Under the pieces are notes generated by a model. The model was not told the DNA's origin. It did not search any database and saw nothing but the letters and a program-made list of their open reading frames with translations. A DNA stretch of 55,906 nt from a virus (Duplodnaviria > Caudoviricetes), in the IMG/VR virus record IMGVR_UViG_3300033067_001303, positions 1 to 55,906 of that record. One strand, 5' to 3'. The position numbers and the translations under genes were made by a program. Below, piece by piece: positions 10,493-22,880 of the stretch (position 1 is its first letter; every line of letters starts with the position of its first letter).

Positions 10493-12612
10493 TGAATAGA
10501 TATACACAATTAACTCCTTCACAATTTAACCCTTTATCTTTAGAAGAAGTCATGTTAGTTCCTTCAATGAAACGTAAACAACACGATGATATTTTAGCTA
10601 AACAAGAAATATTACGAGGAGAATTAGCTAAAGTAGATCCATTAGATGTTCATTTAGATGAAGCTGTTAGATTACGTGAAGAAATGAATAATAAACTTAC
10701 TGCTCAAGCTGAACAATTAGCTAAAAGTGGTATAGATTCAAATAGTCAAGGACAATTTTTAGCATTAAATAGAGAATATCAAAATCTTACAGGACCTACA
10801 GGTCGTATTGGTCAAATAAATAATGCTAAAAAAGTTTATTATGATAATATGAAAACTTTTCTTGAAGATGCTCAAAAAGCAGGATATTCACGTGAAGACG
10901 CTTTAAGAAATTGGCAAAATGAAATGCATACTAAATACACAGGTTATGATAATCCTGCAAATAAAACAAACATTGTAAATATTGGTCAATATGGTGCGCC
11001 AAAACGTTTAGTATTACAAGATGATTTAAAATTTGTAAATAGTATTTTAGGTGAACAAACAAGAACATTAATGCGTAATAATGGTTTTAGTTGGTCAGAA
11101 GGTCCTAATGGTAGTATTATTGTTAAAGACGGCAAAGGTAGATTAGTACAAACAGATAATATTCCACAACTTAAAGAAGCTCAAGATTATTTAAATAGTC
11201 GTTGGAATACTCAAAATGGTGAAGGTGCTATTTCTGCAAAATTTGAAGGTATATCTCCTAATAGAATTGTTAATGAAATTAACTCAGGTTTAGGAATGAT
11301 GACTAAAATTAAAAAAGATGATACTAGAGAAGATGATTATGATATTCAAGGTTATAAAAATAAAGCTGATTGGGATGAACAAACAGCAGTTGGAGAATTA
11401 ATTGAAACAACTAGTTCATTTTTACCAAATGAATTTGCAGTAAATGATTATAATAAAAATCAATCAACTTTAAATAATTTATTACAAAAACAAAAAACCG
11501 GAAAATTATCTAAAGAAGAAAATATAGAATTAAATAAATTACAAAATTTTCAAACTACTTTAAATAACACATTAAAAACAGATAAAATTTTTAATGAATA
11601 TAGTCAATATGATAATAAAGCTAAAGAAGTAGCTAAAAAAGCAGGTATTTCAAGTCCTTATGCTCATTTAACAACTGGTGTAATGTCTGACGGTGGTAGA
11701 TTTACATTTGAAAAAACAGCAGATGGTAAATATCAACAATATCAATATTCAGGTTCTTCTAAATATGGTCAAACTAAAAATAAAATAGGTAAACCTATTA
11801 CAGCTTCTGAAAAAACAATAATTGATAAAGGTTTTGAATTTAACAAAAAAATGAACGAAAGACGTAACGAATTAACAAAAGAAAATTCTGTTATGACTAC
11901 TGGTTATAATATGCTACCTACAACACCTAAAGAAGAAAGTTTATATAACACTTTTAATAATTCATTTGAACAAGTATTAAAAAACCCTGAAGCATTAAGA
12001 AAATATATGAATATTGAAACTGTAGATGTTGATGGTCAGTCTATAAAACCTTCTACTAATGATAAAGATAAACTTGCACAACTTTATCAACAATACGGTA
12101 ATAAATTAAAAGTTACCAATATGATACCTAAAGATTTTAATGGTCAACCAGGTTATGTAATTGAATTTAATACTGGTGAAGAATCTTACAATTTAGATAA
12201 TCCTAGTTTATTAAATCGTAGAGGATCTGTTGGAGGTAAAGATAAAACTGTAAGAATGAAAGTTACTTTTAATAAAGAATATGGTAATGTATTAGGTAAT
12301 ATTAATCATTATGGTTTAAAATATTTTGAAGGTAAAGGTCAAATTAATCCTAAAACAGGTAAACCAATTGGTCAAGATTTAGCAAATGAAGCTAGAAAAA
12401 ATATGTATTCAAATACTACATTTAATGATATTTTAAATGATCCTACATATAATTGGCAAAATGATGAAATTGTTAAAAATAATATGTATAAAACAATTAA
12501 AAAAGATCTTACTGAAAAAGGTAAACGAAGTGTTTATAGTGGAGTTAGTGATATAAATTTATTACAACAAATCTTTATAGACCATAATGGTGACGATCTT
12601 ATAACTAAATAA
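10492..12612 (+). CDS. Virion cargo/ejection protein 2
   Basis: 706 aa; coupled by TAATG overlap; helical N-terminus; synteny. Confidence 0.6.
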   Translation: MNRYTQLTPSQFNPLSLEEVMLVPSMKRKQHDDILAKQEILRGELAKVDPLDVHLDEAVRLREEMNNKLTAQAEQLAKSGIDSNSQGQFLALNREYQNLTGPTGRIGQINNAKKVYYDNMKTFLEDAQKAGYSREDALRNWQNEMHTKYTGYDNPANKTNIVNIGQYGAPKRLVLQDDLKFVNSILGEQTRTLMRNNGFSWSEGPNGSIIVKDGKGRLVQTDNIPQLKEAQDYLNSRWNTQNGEGAISAKFEGISPNRIVNEINSGLGMMTKIKKDDTREDDYDIQGYKNKADWDEQTAVGELIETTSSFLPNEFAVNDYNKNQSTLNNLLQKQKTGKLSKEENIELNKLQNFQTTLNNTLKTDKIFNEYSQYDNKAKEVAKKAGISSPYAHLTTGVMSDGGRFTFEKTADGKYQQYQYSGSSKYGQTKNKIGKPITASEKTIIDKGFEFNKKMNERRNELTKENSVMTTGYNMLPTTPKEESLYNTFNNSFEQVLKNPEALRKYMNIETVDVDGQSIKPSTNDKDKLAQLYQQYGNKLKVTNMIPKDFNGQPGYVIEFNTGEESYNLDNPSLLNRRGSVGGKDKTVRMKVTFNKEYGNVLGNINHYGLKYFEGKGQINPKTGKPIGQDLANEARKNMYSNTTFNDILNDPTYNWQNDEIVKNNMYKTIKKDLTEKGKRSVYSGVSDINLLQQIFIDHNGDDLITK

Positions 12613-12613
12613 T

Positions 12614-15600
12614 ATGAGTAAAGATATACAAAATTTAGATAATCTTTTTGGAATTACTTCAGGAGAGCCTAAAAAAAATAAAGAAGTAAATATTAAAAAA
12701 AATAATGATATTGAAAATTTAAATAACATTTTTGGTATTAATGAAGATATTTCTAAAAAAGTAGATAATAAATATAATACTTCTTTTGATAAAGCACAAT
12801 TAAACTTAAATACAGATTTAACAAATAGAGATTATATTTCTGAATACGACGATCCTTTTAATACAGATAACGGATTAACTGATTTAAATGAACTTCGTGC
12901 AAATAGACAAAGTTGGGAATCAAAAGCAACTACTGGATTAGGTCGTGTAGGAGTTAAAGTTGTTGCTGAAGTTGCTAAAATGCCAGGAATGATCGGTGGT
13001 GCAATAGCAGCACCTTTTGCTGAAGAAGGTGAAGGTTGGGATACATTTGTAAATAATTCATGGATTAAAACAATTAATCAAATGAATGAAGATATAAATT
13101 CTGAAGCTTTACCTGTGTATGTAAAAAAAGCTGTTAGTGAAGGAAATCTATGGGACAATATTAGTTCTATAGATTTCTGGGCTACAGATGGAGCAGATGG
13201 TATTGGATATATAGCTTCTATGATGGTTCCTGGAGCAGTATTAAAAGGTTTAGGTGCTGGTAAATATCTTTCACAATTACGTGGTTTAAAAGGTGTTATA
13301 AGTGCTCAAAAAGCAGATGTTATTACTGCAACTGTTGCTAATACATTATTTGAAGCAGGTGCTGAAGCAGGTAATGCTATGGAAAATTTTCAAAAAGATA
13401 TGGATACTAAATTAGCTAATGGTGAAATTAGTCCAGAGCAATATGAAGAAATGAAATTACAAAAAGCTAGATTAGGTAGAGATATATTTTTATCTAATGC
13501 TGTAATTTTAGCCGGACCAAATGCTTTACAAGCTAATATGTTATGGGGTAAAGGTATTAATAAAACAATGTCTAAATTAGTAGATGGTGGTGATGGTGTT
13601 TTAGCTAAAACAGTAGTTGAACCTAAACTATATCAAAAAGTTTTAAATAGAACCGGTGATGTTTTAAAAGCAACTGGTTCTGAAGGACTTTGGGAAGAAG
13701 GTATGCAGATGTCAGTTGAAAACATGTTTACTAAATCTGCTAAAAAAGGTCAGTTAACAGATAATCCTTTTAATGATTTTAATATTTCAGAATTAGGTGA
13801 TTCGTATTTAGATACAATATCGTCAACAGAAGGACAAAAAGCCATGTTTCTTGGAGCGTTTTTAGGTGGTGGTATGCAAGCATATAGTGGTGCTAAAACA
13901 GATATTGCTGATAGAAAATCTACACAATCTTTATTAGATGCTGGTAATAATGCAATTGATGCTTTTTATAAAACAATGCAAAAAGATGTTTACAATAAAG
14001 ATGGTAAAATAAATTCTGAAAAAGCTAAAGAAAAATTTGAAGCTTTTGGTAGAGTTGAACAACTTAATATTATGTACAATCAAGCTGTTCAAAAACAAGA
14101 TAAAGAAGCTTTAGAAAAACTTAGAGATTTAGCTGCTACTCAATTAGCTTATGGTTTTATAATGAATGAAGATTTAGGTCTTGAAGTATTACAAGAACAT
14201 TTAAATGCTTCTTCACAATTTGATGAAATTGTTCAACGTGAACAAGAAGCTGGTAATAAAACATCTAAAAAAGATATTATAGATAATGTAATGTCTAAAG
14301 CTAAAGTTTTAGAAAAAGCTTATCGTAATTTTAATGACTTTGCACCTTCATTAGTTAATCCTACATTAAATGAAAATCAAACTCAAGAAGATATTGTAAA
14401 TTTTACAAATACTTTAAGAGGTAATTATATTAGTAATAAAGCTAATATTAATTTAAATAAAAACACATTATCTGAGTTAAAAAAGAAACGTCAAAACATA
14501 TTAGAAGATTTAGATTTAAATTCAGAACTTGTAGTAGGTGATGAAACAATTCAAGAACAAGAACAAAATGATGAAAGATTAAAACAAGTTACAGAAGATA
14601 TTAAAGAAGTTGAAACTAATTTAAATCGTCTTAAAAAACTTGATAGAAATTTTTGGAATACAGAACATATTCAAAAAGCATTTAATCGTTCTACTAAAGA
14701 AAAGAAACAACTTGAAAAAGAAACATCTTCAGAAGTTGTAGAAAATAATGATGCTGTTCTTGAACAAATTAATAATACTACATCACATAAAGAATTAGAT
14801 GATATTAAATCAGATAATAAAATTATTCAAAATAAAATACAAGATAGAAAAAAAGAACTTCAAGAAGAAGAACTTGTAAAACGTGAAGCTGAAATACAAT
14901 CTCAAAAAGAATCTGAAAATTTAGAAAACGAAACTAATAGTTTAGATTTAGATTTATTAAAAGAGAATTCTAAAGATTTAAAAAAAGGTGAAACTATTGT
15001 AAATCCTATAACTGGAGAAATTGAAACAGTTGAAGATATTACAAAAAATTCAATTACGTTAAACGGTAAAACTTATGAATTTGAACCTGAATTATCTGAT
15101 AATAATTCTTCTTCTGATATAGAAATTAAATCAATCAATGCTGTACCAGAAGGTACTTCTAAAACAGATGCTAAAACACCTGGAGTTGGTAATAAAGAAT
15201 ATACAGATTATTTACAAGAAATTAGAGATAAAAAAGGTGATGTTGTTACATTTGAATTAAATTTAAATAATTTAAATAATGAAACTAGAAAAGCTATAGA
15301 AATGTATAATGCTGGTAAAATATCAGAAAATAGAGATTTTTTAATTAATAATTTACCTATTACATTTATATATAATGGTAAAGTAAAATCTTTTTCAGCA
15401 TTTCCAAGTAAACATCCATCTGCTTTAATTTTTAGAACAAATGTAATAGATGTTTTAAGTCAAGGTTATAAATTAGAAGATTTATCAACAATTGTTTCAA
15501 ATCAAGAAGTTGCTGATTTTAATAATAAAAAAGATGCTGAAGGTAATCCTTTAAAAAATAATGTATTAGATATTGATTATGTTAAAAATGAATTAACTAA

Positions 15601-17686
15601 AGATACTTCTAAATTAACATTATATCATATTAATAAAAATGGTCAACCTGTTTTAGTTACAGACGCTAAAGATACTTTAGATGTTTCAATTAAATCAAGA
15701 TTAGAAAATCAAAAAGGTCAAATATTTTTAGTAATTAAAAATTATAAAGGTGATAACATTCCTGTAAAATTAAATTTTAATAGATTAGATAATGTTAAAG
15801 CATCTTCATTAGCTAGATTATATTCTGAAGTTTTAAAAAATCAAGATTTGTTAAATCAACCTTTAAAAGCTTTGAGTCTAAATGAAGAAACTAAAGATTT
15901 ATATGATGAATTAATTAAAATATTTGAATCAGAACTTAAATTAATAAATAAATCTAATCCACAATTAACAAATGTTAATGAACTAATTGAAGTATTAGTT
16001 TTTGAAAATAGTTTTAATGATAAAAAGATTATTAGAAAATTAGATAATGATAAAAATCCTTATATTGAATATAATAATAAAGAATATTATTTAAATTCAG
16101 TTGAAGAAATTGAAGAATTAGCTAATGATTTACGATCTAAGTTCCACAATGTAATAACTATTACTACAGATCAAAATGTTAATAAATCATTAAACTTTCA
16201 AAATCCTGATTATTTAAAATACTTATTTGAAAACAAAATTTTAACTACAGATTTAGATACTGAAAATGGTTCATTTGTTGTAACATCTGGTAATGGTAAA
16301 CAAGGTTCTGAATTATGGATTGATAGTTCAATAGTTGTTAAAAATCAAAAACCTTCTAAACCAACAACAACTTCTAAACCTCAACAATCTAATATAGAAG
16401 CTAAAATAAAAGAAGTTATAAATAATAAAAATTTTATAAAACTTTCTGAAGATGGAACACATTATATAAATACAAAAACTGGTAAAAAATATAAAAGAGT
16501 TTCTAATTTTATATCTAATGATGAAGAAGTAGATTCTAACAATTCTTTAATTCAGTCAAGTTTAACAATAGGTACAAAAGTTGATGAATTAGTTAGAGAT
16601 TTTTTTGCAGATGAATTAAAAGATTTAAAAGAATATAATGTATCAGATATTGAAACAGTATCTAAATTTTTAGAACAACTTACAGTTATTAAAACAAACT
16701 TTAAAAATAGAGATGAAACTGTTTTAGCGAATGATATTATTTTATACAATGATGAAATAGGTGTTGCAGGAACTGTCGATTTACTTACTTATGATAATCA
16801 AGGTAATGTTCGTATTTATGATATGAAAACAATGAGAGGTGATAATTTTAATCAATATTATAACGAGGATTCTTTTAATAAATATGAATCTACCAGATAT
16901 GGTAAATCTAAAAAAGAAAAACATTCAGAGCAAATATCTTTATATAGAATTCTTTTAAATAATACTCACGGATTAAAAGCCAAAACAATAGGTGTAATGC
17001 CTATTGAAATATCTTATTCACCAGGTGATACAACAACAACTGTATTAAATTTGTTAAAAGGTGTACAATTACCATTATTAGATAAAGTTAAAACTGCAGA
17101 ACTAAAAGTATTAGAAAGTGAAAATAATTTAGAAAATAATGTTCAAACTAAAGAATCATTTATTGAAGAAAAATTACAACCTTTTAAAGATAAAATTAAA
17201 GAAATTATTAAAGGTTTAGAAGCTGATGAAAGTGTTAAAGGTCCTTTTTATGGAGTAGGTTCTAAATTAGGTAATATGATTAAACTTACTACAGAAGTAG
17301 AATATACACAAGAAGGTATTATTGTAAATGGTGCGTTAATGCCTTATAAACAGTTATTTTCAGATGTATATGGAAAAAGTTTAGAAAATATTTGGAATTC
17401 TCAAAAAAATTCCGTATCTTTGCAAGACAAACCTAAAATAGTAAATAAAATGGACGTTAAAGGTACTGAGGAAAATAAAGAATTAAATCAAGCATATAAA
17501 GATTTAACTGAAAATGATCTTTCTAAAAAACAAAAAGAACTTTCTGATGTTTTAGAAAAAAATCAAAAAGCTTTATCTTCAAGTAAGAATGAAATTTTAA
17601 ATAAAAGATTAGAAGATATTATTTCAAAAACACAAACTGAATTAAATAGTGTTGTTGAAGAAATTAAAAAACGTAAAACATGTTAA
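12614..17686 (+). CDS. Giant virion cargo protein with glycine-rich hydrophobic N-region, coiled coils and a C-proximal PD-(D/E)xK nuclease-like domain
   Basis: 1690 aa; GVAGTVDLL...IYDMKT...HSEQISLY at ~16760-16945; directly upstream of the RNAP gene. Confidence 0.68.
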   Translation: MSKDIQNLDNLFGITSGEPKKNKEVNIKKNNDIENLNNIFGINEDISKKVDNKYNTSFDKAQLNLNTDLTNRDYISEYDDPFNTDNGLTDLNELRANRQSWESKATTGLGRVGVKVVAEVAKMPGMIGGAIAAPFAEEGEGWDTFVNNSWIKTINQMNEDINSEALPVYVKKAVSEGNLWDNISSIDFWATDGADGIGYIASMMVPGAVLKGLGAGKYLSQLRGLKGVISAQKADVITATVANTLFEAGAEAGNAMENFQKDMDTKLANGEISPEQYEEMKLQKARLGRDIFLSNAVILAGPNALQANMLWGKGINKTMSKLVDGGDGVLAKTVVEPKLYQKVLNRTGDVLKATGSEGLWEEGMQMSVENMFTKSAKKGQLTDNPFNDFNISELGDSYLDTISSTEGQKAMFLGAFLGGGMQAYSGAKTDIADRKSTQSLLDAGNNAIDAFYKTMQKDVYNKDGKINSEKAKEKFEAFGRVEQLNIMYNQAVQKQDKEALEKLRDLAATQLAYGFIMNEDLGLEVLQEHLNASSQFDEIVQREQEAGNKTSKKDIIDNVMSKAKVLEKAYRNFNDFAPSLVNPTLNENQTQEDIVNFTNTLRGNYISNKANINLNKNTLSELKKKRQNILEDLDLNSELVVGDETIQEQEQNDERLKQVTEDIKEVETNLNRLKKLDRNFWNTEHIQKAFNRSTKEKKQLEKETSSEVVENNDAVLEQINNTTSHKELDDIKSDNKIIQNKIQDRKKELQEEELVKREAEIQSQKESENLENETNSLDLDLLKENSKDLKKGETIVNPITGEIETVEDITKNSITLNGKTYEFEPELSDNNSSSDIEIKSINAVPEGTSKTDAKTPGVGNKEYTDYLQEIRDKKGDVVTFELNLNNLNNETRKAIEMYNAGKISENRDFLINNLPITFIYNGKVKSFSAFPSKHPSALIFRTNVIDVLSQGYKLEDLSTIVSNQEVADFNNKKDAEGNPLKNNVLDIDYVKNELTKDTSKLTLYHINKNGQPVLVTDAKDTLDVSIKSRLENQKGQIFLVIKNYKGDNIPVKLNFNRLDNVKASSLARLYSEVLKNQDLLNQPLKALSLNEETKDLYDELIKIFESELKLINKSNPQLTNVNELIEVLVFENSFNDKKIIRKLDNDKNPYIEYNNKEYYLNSVEEIEELANDLRSKFHNVITITTDQNVNKSLNFQNPDYLKYLFENKILTTDLDTENGSFVVTSGNGKQGSELWIDSSIVVKNQKPSKPTTTSKPQQSNIEAKIKEVINNKNFIKLSEDGTHYINTKTGKKYKRVSNFISNDEEVDSNNSLIQSSLTIGTKVDELVRDFFADELKDLKEYNVSDIETVSKFLEQLTVIKTNFKNRDETVLANDIILYNDEIGVAGTVDLLTYDNQGNVRIYDMKTMRGDNFNQYYNEDSFNKYESTRYGKSKKEKHSEQISLYRILLNNTHGLKAKTIGVMPIEISYSPGDTTTTVLNLLKGVQLPLLDKVKTAELKVLESENNLENNVQTKESFIEEKLQPFKDKIKEIIKGLEADESVKGPFYGVGSKLGNMIKLTTEVEYTQEGIIVNGALMPYKQLFSDVYGKSLENIWNSQKNSVSLQDKPKIVNKMDVKGTEENKELNQAYKDLTENDLSKKQKELSDVLEKNQKALSSSKNEILNKRLEDIISKTQTELNSVVEEIKKRKTC
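17391..17422 (+). promoter_or_regulatory. Intragenic promoter TTTGGAAT-N16-TATCTTTG upstream of the RNAP gene
   Basis: Near-perfect match to the window's promoter consensus, including the TCTCA spacer start. Confidence 0.65.
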
Positions 17687-17689
17687 ACA

Positions 17690-20600
17690 ATGAGTTGTAA
17701 ATTAATAACAAACGGTAGAGAATCTATACTACATAAAAAATTAATTGACAAATTTAAACAACCAGCAGCAGATTTCAAATTATCTGAATTTGAGTCTGCT
17801 GTTTTTTTAGAAGAATTTGGAGATTATTTAACACTTATGGAAAATGAATCAGATTTTATACCTGAATCATTTAAAGGAAGATTAAATGAATATAGAGAAC
17901 CAGAATTATTTGATGATAATATTGGTACTTATTATATTGATAAAAATTATAATAAACAGTATTTAGATATTAAATCTTCTGAACTATATAATATCTTTAA
18001 ATCTCAAAAAGCAATTAATACTTTAACAGAATTAACAGCTTCTAATTATATTAATGAAGGGGGTTTTAATTTAGATTTTGAATCATTAGAACTAAATAAT
18101 AATGAATCTGATTTATCATTAAATCAATCTATAAAAACTTATTTAGAATCATTAGGTAATGAATTAATTTTAAATGAAAATGATACATTATTTACAAATG
18201 GTGTTGCATTATTAAATATTTTAGAAAATCAAGAAGCTTTAATAGAACTTGAAAATAAAATAAAAGATTTTTTTAAATCTAGAAAATTAGAATATAATGA
18301 AGAATTAAATGATGAAGATTTAGATTTATCTGAAGATGAAGTGAGAGATGTAGGTTTTCAAAAAGCATCTTTTCAAGTTAATACTAAAAGTAAAGTTAGA
18401 GCAGGTGTAAAATTAAGATTATCTTTAATAAAAGATCCTTCTAAATTAGATAATGATTTTGCACAACCACAACCTATTGATTACAATTCATTATATAATA
18501 AACTTACAGCATTGTTAAAAAATAATCCTGTAATGTTTGATGAAAATGGTAATGTAGTAGATCAATTTACTTCAATGATTCATGAATTAGAAAAACATTC
18601 TTCTAATATTAAATATTTACCTATATTAGTAGATTATTTAAAAAATGTAAACAAGTTAGACTTACCAATTTCTACAAATGAAGGTATTCTTTTACATAAT
18701 TTTAAAGCAGGATTTGTAAATGCTTTCAATCTTCAAAAAAATAATTTCGGTACAAAACAATTAATAACTAAAGAAATTGTTGTTTCAAAAGCTGAGTATC
18801 AAGATATTTTAGATGATGATGGTAGTATTAAACGTAAAAAGAAAATTAAAGATGAAGTTAAAGGTTTAGAATATAAATATGAATCTTTTGATGCTACTAA
18901 GGAAACTAACGTAAGAAAAGATATTGTTAACAACTGGTCATTATTATTAAAAGATAATTTTGGATTAACCGAAGATGTTACAAGTGTAATGTCTGAAGAA
19001 AATCGTAAAAAATGGTTAGATGTTAAAAATAAATTAGAATCTTTAAAAAATAATACACAACATTCTGCTAAAACAAAAGCTTTAAATATTAAAGATAGAT
19101 TATTACCTTCATTAGGTATTATTATATCTGACGAGGCTTTTAATTATTCAATGAATGATTTTAAAACAGAATCAGAAGATTATAATCAATTAAATAAAAA
19201 CTATAATACATTTGTTGAAAATACTTTTAAGTTATTTGAAAATTTAATAAGTAACCATCAAAATAATATTTCATTATTTAACAATTATAGTTATAATAAA
19301 ATTGCAGATGCTGAAGCTTTTTATATGGAAGATGGTTCAGAGTCATCAATTTATACTGCTGGTAAAGCAGGTAAGATGACATCTAAATATATGTATTCAA
19401 ATCCATCTAATTTACATAATCAAATAAATGCTTGGAAAAAAGATAGAAATCAATTATTAAGAGAATATGAAAATTTAAATTCTTGGGAAAAAGAATCTCA
19501 ATTATATAAATATCTTTTAGCATTAGATGTTAATGTTAATCAGCGTGAAAAAGAAAGTATTAAAAGAATTGAAGAATTTGAAATAAGACATTTTAATTCT
19601 TTCTTAGATAAATCTAATCCTAAAGCTAAACAAAAAGATGGTTCGTCTGTAAGTGAGTCTGAATACGTAAAAGATACAGTAAACGGTATCTTAGCATCAC
19701 AAAGTTCTAATAATGCGTTAGGAGCCATTAGAACAACTACAGCACCTGGTAAAGCTACACAATATGAACTAGTTCATAAAATGTTTATTGATAGTAAATT
19801 AACTCAAATTAATGGTCAATACATTACAGATGTACCAAGAGGAATGCTGAGAGATTATTTACAAGCTGAATTTGTAAGAATGGATGAACAATTTAAATAT
19901 TTATCAAGTGGTGAAAATTTAGATATTTATTATCATACAAATAAAAAGGGTGAAACTTTAAAAAATGGTAAACTAATAGGTAATGCTTTTAAATCACAAT
20001 TATTTCCAGGTTTAGATTTTAATAATTTTGATAAAAATATTGATTTATTTTATAAAGATAAACAACCTATTTTATTATATAATGAAAATGGTTCAATAAA
20101 TTTAGAGAATTTAGAAATTTATGAACAAAAGATATTAGACTATATCGATAAAAGTATAATTGAAAAAGTACAACAATTAGAAAAAGATTTATTAAAATAT
20201 AATATAATTGAAAAATCTGGTCAAAATACTTATACAAATAAAGGTATAGATACTAGAGTTTGGTTAAAATATTCACAAAATCCTCAAACAATAAGTAGTG
20301 AAAATTTAAGTAGATTATTAGGTGATATTTTCTTAAATGGTCTTGTGAATCATATTGAATATTCTAAAATGTTTGCAGGAGATGTGGCTTATTACAAAGA
20401 TCCTGTGGATTATATTAAACGTATTGGAGCAACATATAGTGATGGTATTTATGAATATTTATCTGAAATAAATAAAGATTTTAAAGTAGCTGTAGTGGAT
20501 GCTGTTGAGTATAGAGAACCTTATTTAGAACTATTAAAACCTATTATTAAAGGTAATGAAGAATTATTGAGATCTTGGAATGAAGAAGTTAATGCTGCAG

Positions 20601-21922
20601 ATGCTCAAGCTTGGATTACACCTAAAAGATGGAAATCTATATTATTAGGTGTTAGTAAATTTACACCAGCACATGAAGTAGTTTATAAAAAACTAACTGG
20701 TAAAATTCAAGAACCTTTAGAAGATTATGAATTAAAATTAGTAGCACAACCTTTAAAAGGTACTTATTTCGGACGTACACCTAAAGGTAAACCTGTATTT
20801 TTAAAGTATTCTCAAGCTGTATTAATACCTCAACTTGTTATTAACACTCCTTTAAATGATATGATTGATTTAATGAAAGTTAATAAGATTGATGAATTAT
20901 TAACATTTGATGCTATTAAAGCAGGTTCAATACAGACAACAAAAATACACACAGAAGAAGGTAAATTAAATGTTAAAGATTCTAATGGTGATTATTTAAA
21001 ATTAAATAAAATGGTTTTAAATTCTAAAGGTTGGAAACTTCAACAAGATTTACCTACCAAAACATTTAAAGAAACAGATATTGGTTCTCAAATTTTAAAA
21101 AATATGTTATTATTAATTTCAGATAAAATTAAATCAACTGAAAAAGTATTTGAATATAATAATGAAACATATACGGCTGAAGAATTTGCAAAACTTTTAG
21201 ATACTACACTAGGTCAATTAATTGAAAAAGGATATCAAGATTTATTAAAAGAATTCGATATCGATTCTGAAACAGGTGTAATTAATAATTTTGATAAATT
21301 TTATAACACATTAGCTGACGAGTTAGTATCTCGTGATGTTAGTGATGAAATTGTTAAATCATTACGTGCAGGTTTAAGTATTTATGCATTACCTGGATTA
21401 AAAGATAAACTTGATAATATTTTTGCATCTATTGTAAATGATAGAACTGTTAAAATTAAAACTAATGGTGGTTCTTTTATTCAAATGTCAAACTTTGGAT
21501 TATCTAAAGAAGAAGCAGATAGCAAATATAATGGTATTAAATGGTCTCCTGAATTAAATTTAGGAGATACTACAAAACCTTATAGTTATGTTTTAGATGA
21601 AAATGGAGAACCTAAAAAAAATATATTTGGTGAAGAAATTATTGCACCAGAACAAATATTAATATCTAGTTCATTTATTGCTAAATATATTCCTGATTAT
21701 CAAACAAAAACATCTGAAGATTTATTTGGACATACTAACGATAAAGGTAAATTTATACCAGGTTTAATTGATTCAAAAATACTTGAAAATATTATTGGTT
21801 ATCGTATTCCTAATCAAGGACCATCATCTAACGGAGCTTTAAAAATTGTAGGTATATTACCTGCAGGTATGGGAGATACAGTTGTAGCATTTACAGGTAT
21901 TACTAAAAAAACAGGGTCTGAT
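17690..21922 (+). CDS. Virion DNA-dependent RNA polymerase (crAss-like, phi14:2 gp66-type), exon 1
   Basis: Motifs DYIKR, DAQAW, QPLKG, FLKYS, GYRIPNQG; ends ...KKTGSD at the 5' splice site. Confidence 0.88.
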
Positions 21923-22880
21923 AAAATATCACTGTTTGACCCTGTATAAAAAATAAAAACATTGTTAATTGCTGGAAACTCTTAAAGCTTTGTAAACTAC
22001 AACGCAACTTGAAAAAGTAATCGTGAATGTTTAAAAATTACAAAGATGGCGAATAGACAATCAGCAGCTGAATTCCTAAGGTGAAATACTAAGGAAAGAG
22101 TTCAACGACTAACACTCAACAAATAGTTCCCTATATGGGTAACACAAACAAAATCATATGAAAACAAAATTTAATAAAGAATCAAGAAATTTACTTATTT
22201 CTATGTTGTTAGGTGACGGAACAATATCTAACAACAACGTGTTTAAACTTTCACACGGATATAAACAAAAAGAATACTTAGAATGGAAAATAAATCTTTT
22301 AAATGAATACGGTATAAAAAATAATGGTTTAAAAGAATATGTTTCAACTAAAGGATATAATACAGGAGATATTGTATATTATTCTCAATTAAGTATAATA
22401 CCTTTTATAAAATTATTACGAAGAATTATCTATAAACCTAAAAAAAATTATGCTAATCGTAAAATTTTAAACAGATTAAATGCTTTAGGTGTAGCTATTT
22501 GGTACATGGATGATGGTCATATCAATATTAGAAAAACAAATGATAAAATTCACGGATTTTATGTAAAAATAGCAACTTGTTTATCAAAAGAAAATAATCA
22601 AATAATAATTGATTATTTTAAAGAAGTTTGGAATGTTTCTTTTTATCAGTTTAAAGAAGGAAAAGAAACGTACTCTTTGTGTTGTGGAACACAAGAGGGA
22701 ATTAAATTTATAGAAATAGTAAAACCTTATATAGAATCTTGTCCGTCGATGATATATAAAATACAATATGATTTGAGTCAACGTAAAGATTACGTTGAGT
22801 AGGAAAAATCCGAAACACAATGCCTCACAATAGTGAGTGAAGATATAGTCTAGTCTTATGTGAAAACATAAGTATAAACG
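21923..22880 (+). mobile_element. Group I intron (IA-like) in the RNAP catalytic motif
   Basis: P AATTGCTGGAAA, Q AATCAGCAG, R GTTCAACGACTA (22100), S AAGATATAGTCT; P1 with U.G at 21922/21934; P10 AATATCA/TGATATT; terminal G at 22880; splicing restores GSD|FDIDK in frame. Confidence 0.93.
22158..22802 (+). CDS. Intron-encoded LAGLIDADG homing endonuclease
   Basis: Two motifs, LISMLLGDG and AIWYMDDG. Confidence 0.9.
   Translation: MKTKFNKESRNLLISMLLGDGTISNNNVFKLSHGYKQKEYLEWKINLLNEYGIKNNGLKEYVSTKGYNTGDIVYYSQLSIIPFIKLLRRIIYKPKKNYANRKILNRLNALGVAIWYMDDGHINIRKTNDKIHGFYVKIATCLSKENNQIIIDYFKEVWNVSFYQFKEGKETYSLCCGTQEGIKFIEIVKPYIESCPSMIYKIQYDLSQRKDYVE

Noticed and set aside
21923-21949. C-terminal KISLFDPV of the 1419-aa ORF, and the ATG at 22896 as a separate gene
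   Set aside because: The tail is read-through into the intron, and 22896 is internal to exon 2
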